64,000 nt of DNA. Origin: a virus. Its lineage: Duplodnaviria > Caudoviricetes. The position numbers were made by a program, and so were the translations under genes. The DNA lies in IMG/VR virus record IMGVR_UViG_3300021166_000096, positions 218 to 64,217 of that record. One strand, given 5' to 3'. Below the pieces are notes generated by a model. It was not told where the DNA came from. It did no database searches and was given only the letters and a program-made list of their open reading frames with translations. Of the stretch, positions 34,953 through 47,700 are shown piece by piece (the first letter of the stretch is position 1; the number at the start of each line of letters is the position of its first letter).

Positions 34953-36548
34953 ATGATAATTACCGAGCCGCTCTGGCCGGGGCGACCAGATCATGAGTAT
35001 TACGAATATCTGGCCACTATCGGTCTGACAAAGGATGCGCTGAAAAAGTGCTATGTCAAGCTTGCGGTCGTCGTAGGTCTCGCGTCGCGCCAAAACGTAA
35101 AAATAAAATACACCGCTCCCCAGGGGGAAGTGGTCGTGGACGACGTTCCGGTGTGGATTCACACGGACATCGGGACACGGAAGGCGATGGTCAAGGGCGA
35201 GGAGGCGACGCTCCCGGAAGATTACTTTGAAGATGCGGCCCTGATGTTCCCTATGCCGGAGGTCCAGAATTTTTTAGAACCGCAGGTGCTAGTGGCGGTG
35301 ATATGGGACGCCGAGACGAATACTGATACCGTCCTGGGGGTTATTCATATCCTCCAGAATCTGAACTATGTATTTCCCGAACAGGAATTTGCTCCTCCTA
35401 CCTATCGTCCCCACATCTTGTTTACCTTCATGACCGAGGCAGGAGAAACAGATTTTCTGTCTTTATACAACGTACTGGATGATAGCTTCGCTGTTGTTCC
35501 CCATTCCGCTGGAGGGATTCCTACAAGTCTAACGCAGACCCAAGCTCTCACTCTTAAAGATACTGCACTATTCTCAGATATCGCAGCGTATATTGGATCA
35601 GCTATACCTGTAACCTCTAGCGAATGTTTCACTGATTTACATTTTACTTCAGGTGACTACGTTTCTCACGGAACAGATAAAGAATGGGTTAGTTCATCGA
35701 GTTGGATAACCTCCGGAACGCTAACATTTAAAGAGCGGGACACCGGTGAAACTATAACAATAAGAAGGGATCTATTAACTAAAGAGTACATAACTTCTTA
35801 TTATTACGATTATGTAGATGGAAGAATTAATTCTAACAATCCAATTGTAAAAAGTGGCACTGTTCTTCCCTATTGTTATTATGTTACAGATGGTACTAAT
35901 CATTATTCAAACGTTTCCGCATCTGATTCAAATGGTATATATGCGTATGGTGATTCTACTTTTACATCTCTTACTTTAAATACCTTTTTTGATAATATTG
36001 ATACATCTTCTGAAATATCAAATGGCACAGTATTAACACAACAGGTGTGGTATAACGGTCAATTTTATACACAATGTTGGAATGAATGGGATTGGAAGTA
36101 CAGTTCGTATATTAACAATTCTGCTATTGTTGATTCTGTAGTAGATTTCAATAAATGCTTTTTATATGACACAGCCACCGAAGTTTTTATCAAAATGTCC
36201 ATTGTTACGTCCCACGAGTATTCATCCCACAAGGCGATGTCCGCTCCTGAAGGAAGCATTCTTCCCTTAATAGACACAGAAACAAATATAGTTATCACTG
36301 ACGCAAGTACCGTAAAATTCGATTTTCTATTCGGGAACAGGCCAAGGAGTGGGGCACTCCCCCATCAACCACTGACGAGCGCCTTGGCCCGGATCAAGAG
36401 TGCTTACGAAAGTACCTTCCCTTCAACGACAGTGGATGTCACCTCGGAAAAGCCAGCTAGTTGGCCAGTGTGGCCTTTGCATAAAATAACCTTTGCTCTT
36501 TACCTCGTTCCATATGACGTAGGTACCGCCACCTTGGAGATAATCTAA
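34953..36548 (+). CDS. Tail-module protein with an AT-rich variable core
   Basis: GC-richer ends; visibly AT-rich Tyr/Ser/Asn-rich centre at about 35570-36180. Confidence 0.65.
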   Translation: MIITEPLWPGRPDHEYYEYLATIGLTKDALKKCYVKLAVVVGLASRQNVKIKYTAPQGEVVVDDVPVWIHTDIGTRKAMVKGEEATLPEDYFEDAALMFPMPEVQNFLEPQVLVAVIWDAETNTDTVLGVIHILQNLNYVFPEQEFAPPTYRPHILFTFMTEAGETDFLSLYNVLDDSFAVVPHSAGGIPTSLTQTQALTLKDTALFSDIAAYIGSAIPVTSSECFTDLHFTSGDYVSHGTDKEWVSSSSWITSGTLTFKERDTGETITIRRDLLTKEYITSYYYDYVDGRINSNNPIVKSGTVLPYCYYVTDGTNHYSNVSASDSNGIYAYGDSTFTSLTLNTFFDNIDTSSEISNGTVLTQQVWYNGQFYTQCWNEWDWKYSSYINNSAIVDSVVDFNKCFLYDTATEVFIKMSIVTSHEYSSHKAMSAPEGSILPLIDTETNIVITDASTVKFDFLFGNRPRSGALPHQPLTSALARIKSAYESTFPSTTVDVTSEKPASWPVWPLHKITFALYLVPYDVGTATLEII

Positions 36549-36991
36549 TGCTTGAGATCAATTTGAAAACAAGGGCTGCGGCCCAGACCACCAAGGCCTA
36601 CAACTCGATGTGCAAATTTGGAGACAAATATCTCGGGGTTACGGATTCTGGATTGTTCGAGATCGAGGGGTATAACGATAGTGGGGTGCGAATAGCCGCC
36701 AGGATCGATACTGAAAAAATGGACATGGGAATAAATAACTCAAAACGATTCCGATTTTTTTATTTTGGCGTGGACACTTCCGGATATCTAAAGTTGAGTG
36801 CGTTTGCAGATGGCGTCCTGGCCTTCACCCAGACGGTGAAAGGAAATGGATTGGGGAATATCCGCGTTCCTGTACCGCGAACGGCGCAGCCCCGATACTG
36901 GCAGATCCGAATTGAAAACGTAGACGGCGCATTCTTCGCGCTGTACTCAATAAAAGCGTTACCGGTGGTGTTGCACCCCGGAGCGAAGTAA
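36548..36991 (+). CDS. Small tail protein resembling the C-terminal part of a nozzle/stabilization protein
   Basis: YNSMCKFGDKYLGVTDSGLFEIEG.ND.G..I.A.IDT..MDMG..NSKR. Confidence 0.5.
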   Translation: MLEINLKTRAAAQTTKAYNSMCKFGDKYLGVTDSGLFEIEGYNDSGVRIAARIDTEKMDMGINNSKRFRFFYFGVDTSGYLKLSAFADGVLAFTQTVKGNGLGNIRVPVPRTAQPRYWQIRIENVDGAFFALYSIKALPVVLHPGAK

Positions 36992-37003
36992 GAGGTAGGA
37001 ACG

Positions 37004-38707
37004 ATGGCATACCCTGAAGACAATAAAAAATTAGGTCTGGCACCCACATTTGAATCTGGGTTAAAGCCTGCGGCAGCGCCAGCACCTTCTCCTGTTTATG
37101 ACGCGGTAGCGAATAATCCACTGATCGACGTGGCCAAGAAGTCGGGCAATGCTGTTGCGCTCGGTGTGGGTATCAACCAGTTAGCCCGAGATGCAGGTAC
37201 AAATATCGCCAAGAATGTTGGGAATACTGTCGAAAATTACGCCAACGACGTAACTACAGGAGCGAAAGCCGTTGGAGGGCAGCAGTTGGACGCCCTCAAA
37301 TATGGTAATGAGAAACTCTATCAACCCCTGGTGAATTTAACTAAGGGAGCTATGGATACAGGCTATGCTGCGTTAACTGGGGACACGCAACCTCTAACGC
37401 AGAAGCAGTTTAATATTGGTCTTCCTAAGACTGCAGAGATAGGTGTTCCTGCCGCTGCAGCCCAGGAAACACCAGCAGCTAAATCCCTTCAAGGTCCGAT
37501 GCAACAACCAGGGATGATGGTTCAGTATGGGCCTGAACCTGCACCTCGCACCAATATCCCCACCACCCCTGGACTTCCTCCTGGTTACGCTCCACCACCC
37601 TCGGCTGAGAAGATCGCCACCCAGGCGCAGTTGAGAAGGAGCAACGCCAACGATGCCGCCCAGCGGAATCTTGCAGGCGATATAGGAACTACCACGGCCA
37701 ATGGCTATACCATCACCGGATCCGGTGCTGACCGGGCTGCGTTCAACGAGCCGACCGGCGTCAACGCGGGCAGCATGGCTGCGATGAAAGCGCAGTTCAA
37801 TCAGATGAATGCAGGAAGCGGTTCCGGACCCACCCGGACACCCAGTTTACATGCTGATGAGAACTTGGCAGGCGTTCCCAAGATGATGACCCAAGAGGAG
37901 AGGAGAGCTGCGGGAATCGGCTGGAAGACCGGTAACGCCATGTACAAAGAGCAGATGGATGTCTTCCGGAATACCCAGACCAATAAATCCGCTTTGGAAC
38001 GAGAAAAACTTTCTCAAGAAGGTGCCACCGGACGTACCGGCATGCAAGAGGCGGGAGCCACCAACCGTACAGGCATGCAGAATGCCAACGCGGTACTCAC
38101 CACCGGGATGAATAATACCAATACTGCAGGCATCGCGGCCAACGCACAGGCCGGAGAGAATCAACGTCTCGGCACCACTATCGGTGCCAACGAAGCTGCC
38201 GCCAGAAATTTGGCCGCTAATCAAGCTCGGGGCGATGCCAACCGGCTCACAAGTCAGGCCATCATCCAAGGTGTCGATCCTGCCAGGGCCAGAGTAGATG
38301 TCGGCGGCAACAACGAGCTGCAGACCAATAACCTGCAGCAGGTGCCCACGAGAGGTGAGAGCAACGGTGAGAGCTTCACAGGTCACGTCGTCAATGATCC
38401 TGCCGGGATCAAACCTCCGCAGGTAGTCTATACTGGAAATCGTGGGACAACGAAGGCTCAGGCCGTTCCAGAGAATAGTCCTGCGGGAACCAACCTTGCT
38501 GGTCCTCCGCAACAAGGTGGGACCGCCCAAACGGCTAACACCACCCAGAAGGCCCAGGACGCCACAGGGCATATCTCCATGCTTGCCAGTATGGGAGATG
38601 AAACGAGCAGAGAGGCCTACCTGCAACAGTTACGGACGGCAGATCCTACTACCTATGCAGAGGTAGTAAATCGCCGAGCGCAAGCCGAAGCACGTCAACA
38701 ACGATAA
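37004..38707 (+). CDS. Low-complexity internal virion (ejection) protein
   Basis: Ala/Gly/Thr/Gln/Asn-rich with REKLSQEGATGRTGMQEAGATNRTGMQNA repeats; precedes the giant gene. Confidence 0.6.
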   Translation: MAYPEDNKKLGLAPTFESGLKPAAAPAPSPVYDAVANNPLIDVAKKSGNAVALGVGINQLARDAGTNIAKNVGNTVENYANDVTTGAKAVGGQQLDALKYGNEKLYQPLVNLTKGAMDTGYAALTGDTQPLTQKQFNIGLPKTAEIGVPAAAAQETPAAKSLQGPMQQPGMMVQYGPEPAPRTNIPTTPGLPPGYAPPPSAEKIATQAQLRRSNANDAAQRNLAGDIGTTTANGYTITGSGADRAAFNEPTGVNAGSMAAMKAQFNQMNAGSGSGPTRTPSLHADENLAGVPKMMTQEERRAAGIGWKTGNAMYKEQMDVFRNTQTNKSALEREKLSQEGATGRTGMQEAGATNRTGMQNANAVLTTGMNNTNTAGIAANAQAGENQRLGTTIGANEAAARNLAANQARGDANRLTSQAIIQGVDPARARVDVGGNNELQTNNLQQVPTRGESNGESFTGHVVNDPAGIKPPQVVYTGNRGTTKAQAVPENSPAGTNLAGPPQQGGTAQTANTTQKAQDATGHISMLASMGDETSREAYLQQLRTADPTTYAEVVNRRAQAEARQQR

Positions 38708-38719
38708 AAGGAACAGCTC

Positions 38720-41700
38720 ATGGATATCTGGAAACAGTTGGACGCTGAGAATACTGATGCCCTCGTAGCACAAGCCACTGAACGTAGCAAAGCGGATGAC
38801 GCTGCGACCAATCTCACCGGCTCTGCTCCAGTCATTAACGGTCCACAACCTGACCGCAACTGGAAGACCAACACACAGGATGTGTTGGCGACGGGGGCGA
38901 AAGGTATCACCAATCTTGGTGATGCGCTGATCGGTATAGCAGATATTCCCACTATGGGACAAGCGGGCCGGTCGGCCAGTCTTGTCGGCCTCAATGATGT
39001 CTATGGTGATCCCCTGCAAGCCGAGCAAGCCCTGCTTGGACATGAGCAGGATATCGCTGATAAGAAAAGCAACCCATATATAGAGGAGTCTCCTTATTCT
39101 GCTCCTCAACAATGGGCGCAGCAACAGGTTACCAATGCGAAAGGTTTCGGTGGTAAATTCGCCGCTGCCGTTCGTAACCCCAGCACAATTGCGACTACTG
39201 TTGGTGAGTCACTTCCAACTAGACTTGCGGGAGGTTTGGTAGGTGAAGGGTTAGTAGCGGCCACAGGATTGTCACCGGTAATTGGGGGCGCTCTAGGTGA
39301 AGGCATCATGGGTGCCGGATCGGCTGCAGAGAGTATCCGTAAAGATTCGGCCTCTGGAACCATCACCCCATCCCAAGCAGGTATGGCTGTGGGGTCAGGT
39401 ATTGGCACCACTGCGTTTGGGGTATTAGGTGGTAAATTTGCGCAGAAATTAGGACTTACCGACGTTGACACTCTATTCGCTAATAATTTCAAAAAGATCG
39501 CAACTAACGCAGGAATAGAGCAAGGTGAGCAAGGATTCGCTTCGTCGGTTGCTCAAGTCGCTGGACGTATGGCTGCAGGAGGCTTCACCGAAGCTGTTTT
39601 TGAGGAGCTACCCCAGACCATTCAGGAGACTATGTGGCAGAACGCCGCGACAGGAAAGCCGCTGACGGAAGGCCTCGACGAAGCTGCGGCCATGGCGATT
39701 CTCTCTGGTGGCGCGATGGGGTCAGCAGCCAACATAGGTGCAACCTCCCATGGTCAAAGTCAAACCCCAGAGCAGAAGGCTGAGGCTAAAGCCGCACTGG
39801 ATCGCAACCTCGCCGCTGCTGAACTGCGCAAGGCCAATCTTCCAACTCGTGATTTGATCGCCCTCAAAGAGGGAAAAGATGTCGAAGGATATACTCCGGA
39901 AATGCTTGCTTCCAAAGGTTTGGGAGTAGAGCATATCGACGCCATTATCAACGAGCGAGAGGCCTCACTTAACTCGGTGCAGCAACGCCTTAACGACGTA
40001 GAAGCTGCAGGTAAAGGTGGACCTCTTACTAAGGTCTCACAGTTGGTCGTCGCTGATGACACCAACCTCCTGGAAGCAGAACAGATTCGCCGCTATACCC
40101 AGGCCCAGAACGATATCGCTCGTAAAAATACCGCGCTGGAAGCCGCTGATGCTGCTTTCCAAACATATAACCCAGAAGCCCCTGCTGCACAGGCCGCTCC
40201 TGTATTACCGCCGGTGCAGACCGGTCCGGTTACCAAGATCCTCGATCCTGAGACTGAAGCGGACTGGGCCAACCAAGAGCGCAAGTCGCTGGCCGAGCGC
40301 CGAGCAGCCATTATCACGGGGGACATCACCACCGTAGCCAACTCGGAAGACTATAAACAATGGGCCACTGCTGCAAGCGCGGCGCTGCAGAACGCAGGCC
40401 TGCGTCAGGAAGAGGTCGCCCCGTTCGTCACACCAGAGGCCTACCAACGCCAGGTACGAGAAACGCCTGCAGAAAACGCGCCTGCTCCTGCTCAAGAACC
40501 AGGGTTACCGAAATACAACGAGCTTAATAACTTCGATGATCGGGCCAGCATCGTCGGCATCTCTGATCCTAATCTGGTCAACAAGACACCCGAGCAGCAA
40601 CTTGACGAGGCCAAACGGGCCGCCGCTGCACCCAAGCTCGATGCCCAGGCCGCAGAGGCCGCTGCCGGGTACACCGAATGGCAGACGCAGACCCGTGCCG
40701 CCCTGGAGCATAACCAGACCGCCAACGCCACCGGCAAGCTCAGTGAGCGCCGGGCCGCTGCCAAAGAGAAGGAGGCCCAGGAGGCCGCTCAGGCCGCCGT
40801 GGTGAAGGAAGCCGCACGACGTGAAGCCATAGCCGCAGTCAACAAGAAAAACCCCAAGTACGCCCAGGCGGACGCTGCTGCCGTCGAGTATGACGAAACC
40901 TTCCAGGCGTACGGCACCGTTCCGGAGACCGGCGGCAACATCGATGAAGTCGAGGCCCAGAAATTCGAGCGCGAGGTCAGGATCGAACGTGCCCGCGCCC
41001 GCGCCATCACCCGCGACAAACAATGGGCAAAAGAAGAAGCCGAGCAGGATGCCGTTATCAATGACAAGGCTATCCCCAAAGAAGTCAGAGCATCAGCAAA
41101 AGCTGAGGCCATGGCCACTATCAAAAGCGATCCGATCTACGCGCATGTCGATGAGATCAAAAAACGCGGCAAGCTCAACTCCGAACAACTTGCCCAAGAT
41201 TACGACAGCGATACTCTATCCCAATTAGGGAAACGGTACCCGGGCCTGCTCTCTAAAGTCGGAACCCAGCAGCCTGACACGGTTGCCGGAGAACTTGGAT
41301 ATCAAAATCTCGATCACATGGTGCAGACGCTCCTCGCGGCCAAGACCCAGAAATCCTTGGAGGCCGAACTCACTCAGCAGCACCGGGACGCCTGGGAGAA
41401 TGCCGAGGAGGCTAGCAAGCAGGAGGCCGCTAAACCAGATACCTCGTTCAACCCCGACGAACTGCAGGAAGACAAGATCACCTTCGTCAAGGATGAGCAG
41501 ATCGGCGGCATCGTCGATCAGATCGAGAACGACCCGCGCAGCTTCAATGCGCAGTCCTTCGACGGTCCGGAATACAACGACAAGCAGCGGGAACATCTCA
41601 AGGCCGCTTACCGGAATTCCTGGGTAAAACCTGAGCAGAAACCAGGCGAGAATCCAAAAGTTTATCGGCGGCGAGTGCTGGCTGATAAGGCTGAGTATTT

Positions 41701-44700
41701 AGGTGAAGAAGTAAACGACAAACTATTCAAGGAGAAAGACAATGGCCAAAGCACCACCGAAAAAAGCACCAGTGAAAGCACCACCGAAGGGATTTCCGCC
41801 ACCGAAGGGAACACCACCCAAGAAGTGCTGACCAAAGAGCAGAGAGGGAAGATCCGTAAGGCGCTTTCCTCTCTGTCTCCTATCCAGCGCCAGGCCGCCG
41901 AGGCGTTGATTCGCAGTGGTAAGATCAAGGTCTTGACGCAAGCCGAGGCCGAGGCCATGACCGGCGTCAATGAAGACGGCACCCAAGGTTTCGTCGACAA
42001 CAAGATCACCTACTTGATTCCAGAGAATATCGCTCCCGACAATCTCTGGGGACTCATCCGCCATGAGATTGGCACCCATGTCGGCAAACTGATCCGCGAC
42101 AAAGGCGACTTCAAGGCGCTCTTGAAATCGATCCACGCCCGGCAACAGGAGCGCGGGGAGACAGGGGACGCCATCCGGGCCGCCTACTACCGCGTCAACC
42201 AGGACGAGAACAACGACAACAAGACCGACGACGAACGCGCTGAGGAGGCCTTGGCCTATCTTGTTGAGGATGCTCCGGAGACCGGCCTGGTCAAACGCTT
42301 CATCCAGAAAGTAAAGGATGCGCTCCGGGCTATCGGGATCAATCCTGGAAACTTCTCTGTTGAGGATCTGACCGCGCTGGCCGACGCCGCCATCCATCAG
42401 GAGGCAGGATTCGGCAGCGTTCAGAAGGACTTCATGGCAAAGAACACCCGGGAAAAAGGATCGATCCTTTCCCCTCCAGGGCCGGGGGTGCAGCGCAGCA
42501 CCCACAACACCAAGGAGCGGGCGACCTCCGTCAAGAATTACCTTAAAAAGAATGACGTTGCTCCGGACAAGATCGAAAAGTTGCTGGTCAGCGAGAAAGA
42601 GTTCCAGATCCTCAAGGATCTCCTTGAGAAAAACGCGGACCGTCTCCCCCGGCAGGCGATGGTGGACGGCGGCCCGATACGGAGCAATAACGATAACCTT
42701 TATCTCTGGTCGTTCGACCTGGCTTCGATGTGCGTCAAACGTCTCGGCTATGGTGCCAACCTTTCCGAGTTCGCCAAGCGGCTCGGTCGCGCTCCTAACA
42801 TCGACGAATCGATCATGCTCACCATCCAGATGGTGGAAGACGGCCATGATGCACCCTGCCTCTATTGTTATGTGGAATCGCCCCGGCGTATCTTCCTGCA
42901 AGAGGTCAACCGCTACGCGGCGGCCATGGCCGGTCAGACCGAATTCCTCAATGAAAAGGCACCAGGGTATCAAGCCGACCTGGCTATGGCCAAGAAGGCC
43001 CAGGCGGCTGGGTTCGCCCTTGAGGATTTTGATTACAGGTATCTGATCGATCCAGAGTACGCCCAGCGGAATGTCTCTGAACATCAGAAGAAATTTGCGG
43101 AGATTTATCAGCACATCAATAACCGCAGTGCCTCGGCCTCCACTCAGAACAAGGTGAAGACCTATCAGGAGTACAAGGCCCAGATGCTCACCAAGGCCAA
43201 CTCCTCTTCTGATAAAACACACAACCTGCCGCTGCGCGAGTATCTGAACGCTCGGGCCGGGTTCCGCATCTTCTCGACTTCGGACTTCCAGATCGAGCAT
43301 GCGATGGACCTGATGCAGTTGGTGCAGGATCTGCACATCACCGACATGATCGCCCACGCCTACACCAAGGTCGAGGATTTCGTTCGCACCTTTGGAAAGA
43401 CGGGTCTGAAGATTCAATGCTCGGTATTCGGGGTTGAGCAAACCAACGCCGACGGAACGTTTGAGATCAAGCAAGACACCACCATGGGCATGGAATGGGA
43501 AGCCGCCAAGAAGTTCCGCAAGATCGAAGGCGGCAACGTCGGCACGGTGTTCGTTACCACCAGCGAGAACATGACCCACTGGGCACTGCAGCAGCCGTGG
43601 ATCGATTATATCATCCCCTTCCATGCCAGCGGCATGCCCAAGGAATATTACACCGAGGATCTCTCCTGGACAAACTTCACTGGTACCCAACTGGAGAAGA
43701 TGCAGAAGCCCCGCTTCAGCGCGAAGACCGGAAAGAATACCGACTATGGCGTCGGCGACCTCAAGATCCTGATGGCCGATATCCTCAACGTCGGCGACGG
43801 TTCCAATCGCAAAGGGATGACCGACAAGGAAGCTACCAACCGCTACCTCGCGCTTCTTAAAGAACGCGGCACCGTAGGGGTTTTTCCACAGTTCCAGTTC
43901 ATCCACCAGCAGGTCATGAAGGATGGCAAGATGACCTGGGAACCGACCAAGAAGGTCAACCCCAATTACATCAAGCTCAAAAAAGATTACTCCCGGACCG
44001 ACACCGATTTTACTGTTCCTGATCCGACCAAGATCGATGCGAATCGCCTCTTCCGGCTCACCAAGGAATGGCTCAAGCGTGGTGGTGACAAACCTGTCGA
44101 GGCCGAAACAGCGACCATCGACAAAGTCATGAAGCGCATCGCCAACGGCGAGACCGGCAGCTCTATGCTGCAGGGTAGCAGTCTGCGCAATGTTCAACGG
44201 TCGGTCAGGGCCAAACTTGATGCGTTGAAAAAGGATCATAACGTTATTTCTTCTCTCACCCATGAACGTGAGAACGGGGACTTAGTACTCTCTTCATTTA
44301 TTGTTGACAAGGCCAACCGAAAGCAGGGTATAGGCTCTTCTTACATGAAAGACCTGATCAAAATTGCCGATGAGAATGGACGGCGGGTACTCCTTAGCCC
44401 TGGCGTTAAGGGCGATCTGAGTGGCAGCACGTCCCGAGGAAGGCTTGTTACTTTTTATAAAAGATTTGGGTTTGTCGAGAACAAAGGACGGAACAAAGAT
44501 TACTCCATAAGCGAAGGTATGATCCGCTACCCCAAAGACGTCCAGCGTTCAAAAGCCTGGGGTACACCACAACAGCGGGTGTCTAGTGCTTCGACTTCGA
44601 TCTCTTATCCGAATCCAGAGACTAAAGCGCCGGTCATCTTTTCTGCGTTCCGGAAAGGTCAGATCCAACTCGGCCCATTGAACGCGGATATTGGTGGCGG

Positions 44701-47700
44701 TCGATATGATCAGATCACCGATTGGTTGAAAACCAAAGATGTCGAGAATGTCGTCTGGGATCGGTTCAACCGCGAAGAAGCGCACAACGCTGCAGCGGAA
44801 GCCAAACTCAAAGGTGGCCAGGCTGACACGGCCACGATCAGCAACGTCCTCAACGTGATCCCTGAAGCGGAATCCAGGACCAGTGTCATAGCCACAGCGC
44901 ATGACTCCCTGAAACCTGGAGGTAAGGCCTTCTTCTCGATGTATGAGGCTCCAAAGGCCGGAGAGGTGGCTAAAAAAGATGCTTATCAGGTTGGCCAGAA
45001 AACCTCCGCATACATCCCAGAGATCGAGAAGGTTTTCGGAAAAGGATCGGTGGTTAAAAAAGGTCCGGTGCTGATCGCTACCAAGAAGGGTGGTCCTGCG
45101 GGCGGCGGTAAATACAAACCCGTCGACACCAACAGCACCAACTTCAAGAAATGGTTTGGTGCCAGCAAGCTGGTCGATGAGAAAGGCGCGCCGGTTCGCG
45201 TGTACCACGGCAGCCCCGAGACCTTCGAGGCGTTCGACAAGACCAAACTCGGCAAGAACCGGCTCTCCCCCGGCGCAGGCCTCGGGCATTTCTTCGCTAT
45301 GGACCGCACCGAGTCCCAGGCCTATGGCGACGTGCAGTCGTTCTTCGTCAAGCTCGAAAACCCTCGGACCATGAACAGCTACGAGCTGCCGACCTTCCGG
45401 TCCGTTGAGGAGGCGCAGGCCTGGACGAAACGGCAGCAGCTTGCTGGCTACGATGGCCTGATCCTGCAGGACGAGGAGCATGTCGTCGTCTTCGAGAACA
45501 ATCAGGTTAAGAGCGCCGAGTTGAATACTGGCGAGTTCAACCCCAACGACGCCCGGTTCAACCGGTCCAAGTACAAACCTGTCGATACCACCAGCGAGAA
45601 CTTCAAGCGATGGTTCAAGGACAGCAAAGCCGTCGATCAAGATGGCGATCCTGTCCGCGTCTATCATGGTACCACCTTCGGGTTCTTCGCTTTTGACCGC
45701 GAAAAAGCCCGGAAGGAAAACGATCTCGGCAGTGCCTTCTATTTCAGTGATGAGCGTGGTGACTCGGACCAAAATTACGCAGGGATGGGGCCGGACCTCA
45801 CCAACCGTTACGAGGCCAAAGTTGAACGGCTGCAGCAAGAGATCTCCGAAGACCCAGAGGCCTTTGGTCTGCGCGACAACGCGACGGATGCCGCCATCGA
45901 GAAGAAGGCCCATAGCCTGGCCAAGAAGGAACTGGTCGGCAAGAAGCCCCAGGTGATGGAGCTGTACCTCTCCCTACAGAATCCTGTGGTCCTCGGCGGC
46001 GATAACCCCACCTATCTCGGCTACGATCTGGAGATTGATGAGGATGAGCTGAACAACTTTAAGGCCCAGGCCTGGGACGAGATCAAAGCTGATGAGGATC
46101 TCACCGACGAAGATCGCGAGGATTATGAAGACCAGATCGAGGATCGCGCCCGCGAGATGTTCGACGAGAACAATTATGACCAGGAACCTTCTGGGCCGAT
46201 TGCTGATATCCTCAAGTCCATCGAAAAACAAATATGGCGGCTGGATGAAGGAAATTTCGATCAGGTCCGCGAGGATGTGCAGCAAGCGGTTTATTTCGGT
46301 GACATCATCCGTGCTGATAAACTGATCAAGATCCTCAAGGAAAGTGAAGGCCTGGCTTACGCCACTGATTATGACAACGACAGTGGTTTGATGTCTGCTG
46401 AGGTTATCCGCCAGGCTTTTGAGGATGCAGGTTTTGACGGGTTCATCGACCACACCGTCTCCCGGTTCAACATGGACGGCGTCGGCCAGACCCATTACTT
46501 GGCCTTCCAACCGGAACAGGTCAAGAGCGCCGTCAGCAATACTGGTGAGTTCGATCCGACCAACCCCGACATCCGTCGGTCGAAAGCGTTCTTCTCCAAA
46601 CTGCAGCAGGTCACCGATACCAAATTCACCGACATGAAAGCGCAGTCGGTCGAGAACTTCCTGCTCAAGCAAGGCGTCAAGAAAGGTGAGATGGACGACC
46701 TCCGGCCCTGGTTGGCTGCCAAGAAGCCGACTGACAAGGTGACCAAGGCCGAACTCTCCGACTTCGTCAAGGCGACCACCGTCGACTATGAAGACGTGAT
46801 CCTGAGTGAATCCCAAGATGAGACCGTGGAGGAGGTGAGTAACGCCAAACAGATCATTGCCGACGGCGGTAAAATCTACGCGATAGATAGTGAAGGAAGA
46901 GCGATAAAAATCGTGACAGATAGTGGGGTGATTGCTCCCTATATCATTGATAATTGGGAAAACTATACGGTCAAAATTGGAGACATTTCCAACGCGAAAA
47001 GTGAAGGGAAAACCCACTTCGGCACTTACACCACCCCTGGAGCGAAGGAAGGTAGCTACCGGGAGATGTTTGTCACGGCACCGGGACTGAAAGCGCCACC
47101 TGCAGACAAGTCCGCATACCTGGCGCTCAAGAAACAACGGGATGCACTGGGCTTCGATGGCTACGGGACGAAAGAGTATGCTGATCTCGATGCCAAGATG
47201 AGCTTGATGGCTGAACGACTGAACGATACCACAAAGTGGAAGGACGGCCATGGTCAGTACGAACATATCGCCAACCCTATCGTCCGCATCCGCTTCAACG
47301 AGGTCGCCGGGCCGAACAGTGAGCGCATCCTGCGCGTCGAGGAAATGCAAGGTCCGAGCGAGTTCAATCAGACCAAGATGCCTGGCTACATGAAGGACAA
47401 CATCTACCAAGTCGGCGTCAAGCGCATCCTGGCCTATGCCAAGGAGAAGGGTTTCGACGGCGTGGCGCTGGCCACCGAACCAGGCCGCACCGCTGGCGAG
47501 ACACAGGCCGACCGGTATTCTCTCGAGAAGCAGATATCCAGGATCGTCCATGCCGAATCTGAAGGTGGGGGGTATGACGTTTCAGTTGAGGATAAAGATG
47601 GAGGGGTTGTCTACGAAAAATATGGGCAAACTCCAAAAGATCTTGAGAGTCTGGTAGGGAAAGAAATCGCGAATAAGATAGTCGCAGGAGAAGGAAAAGA

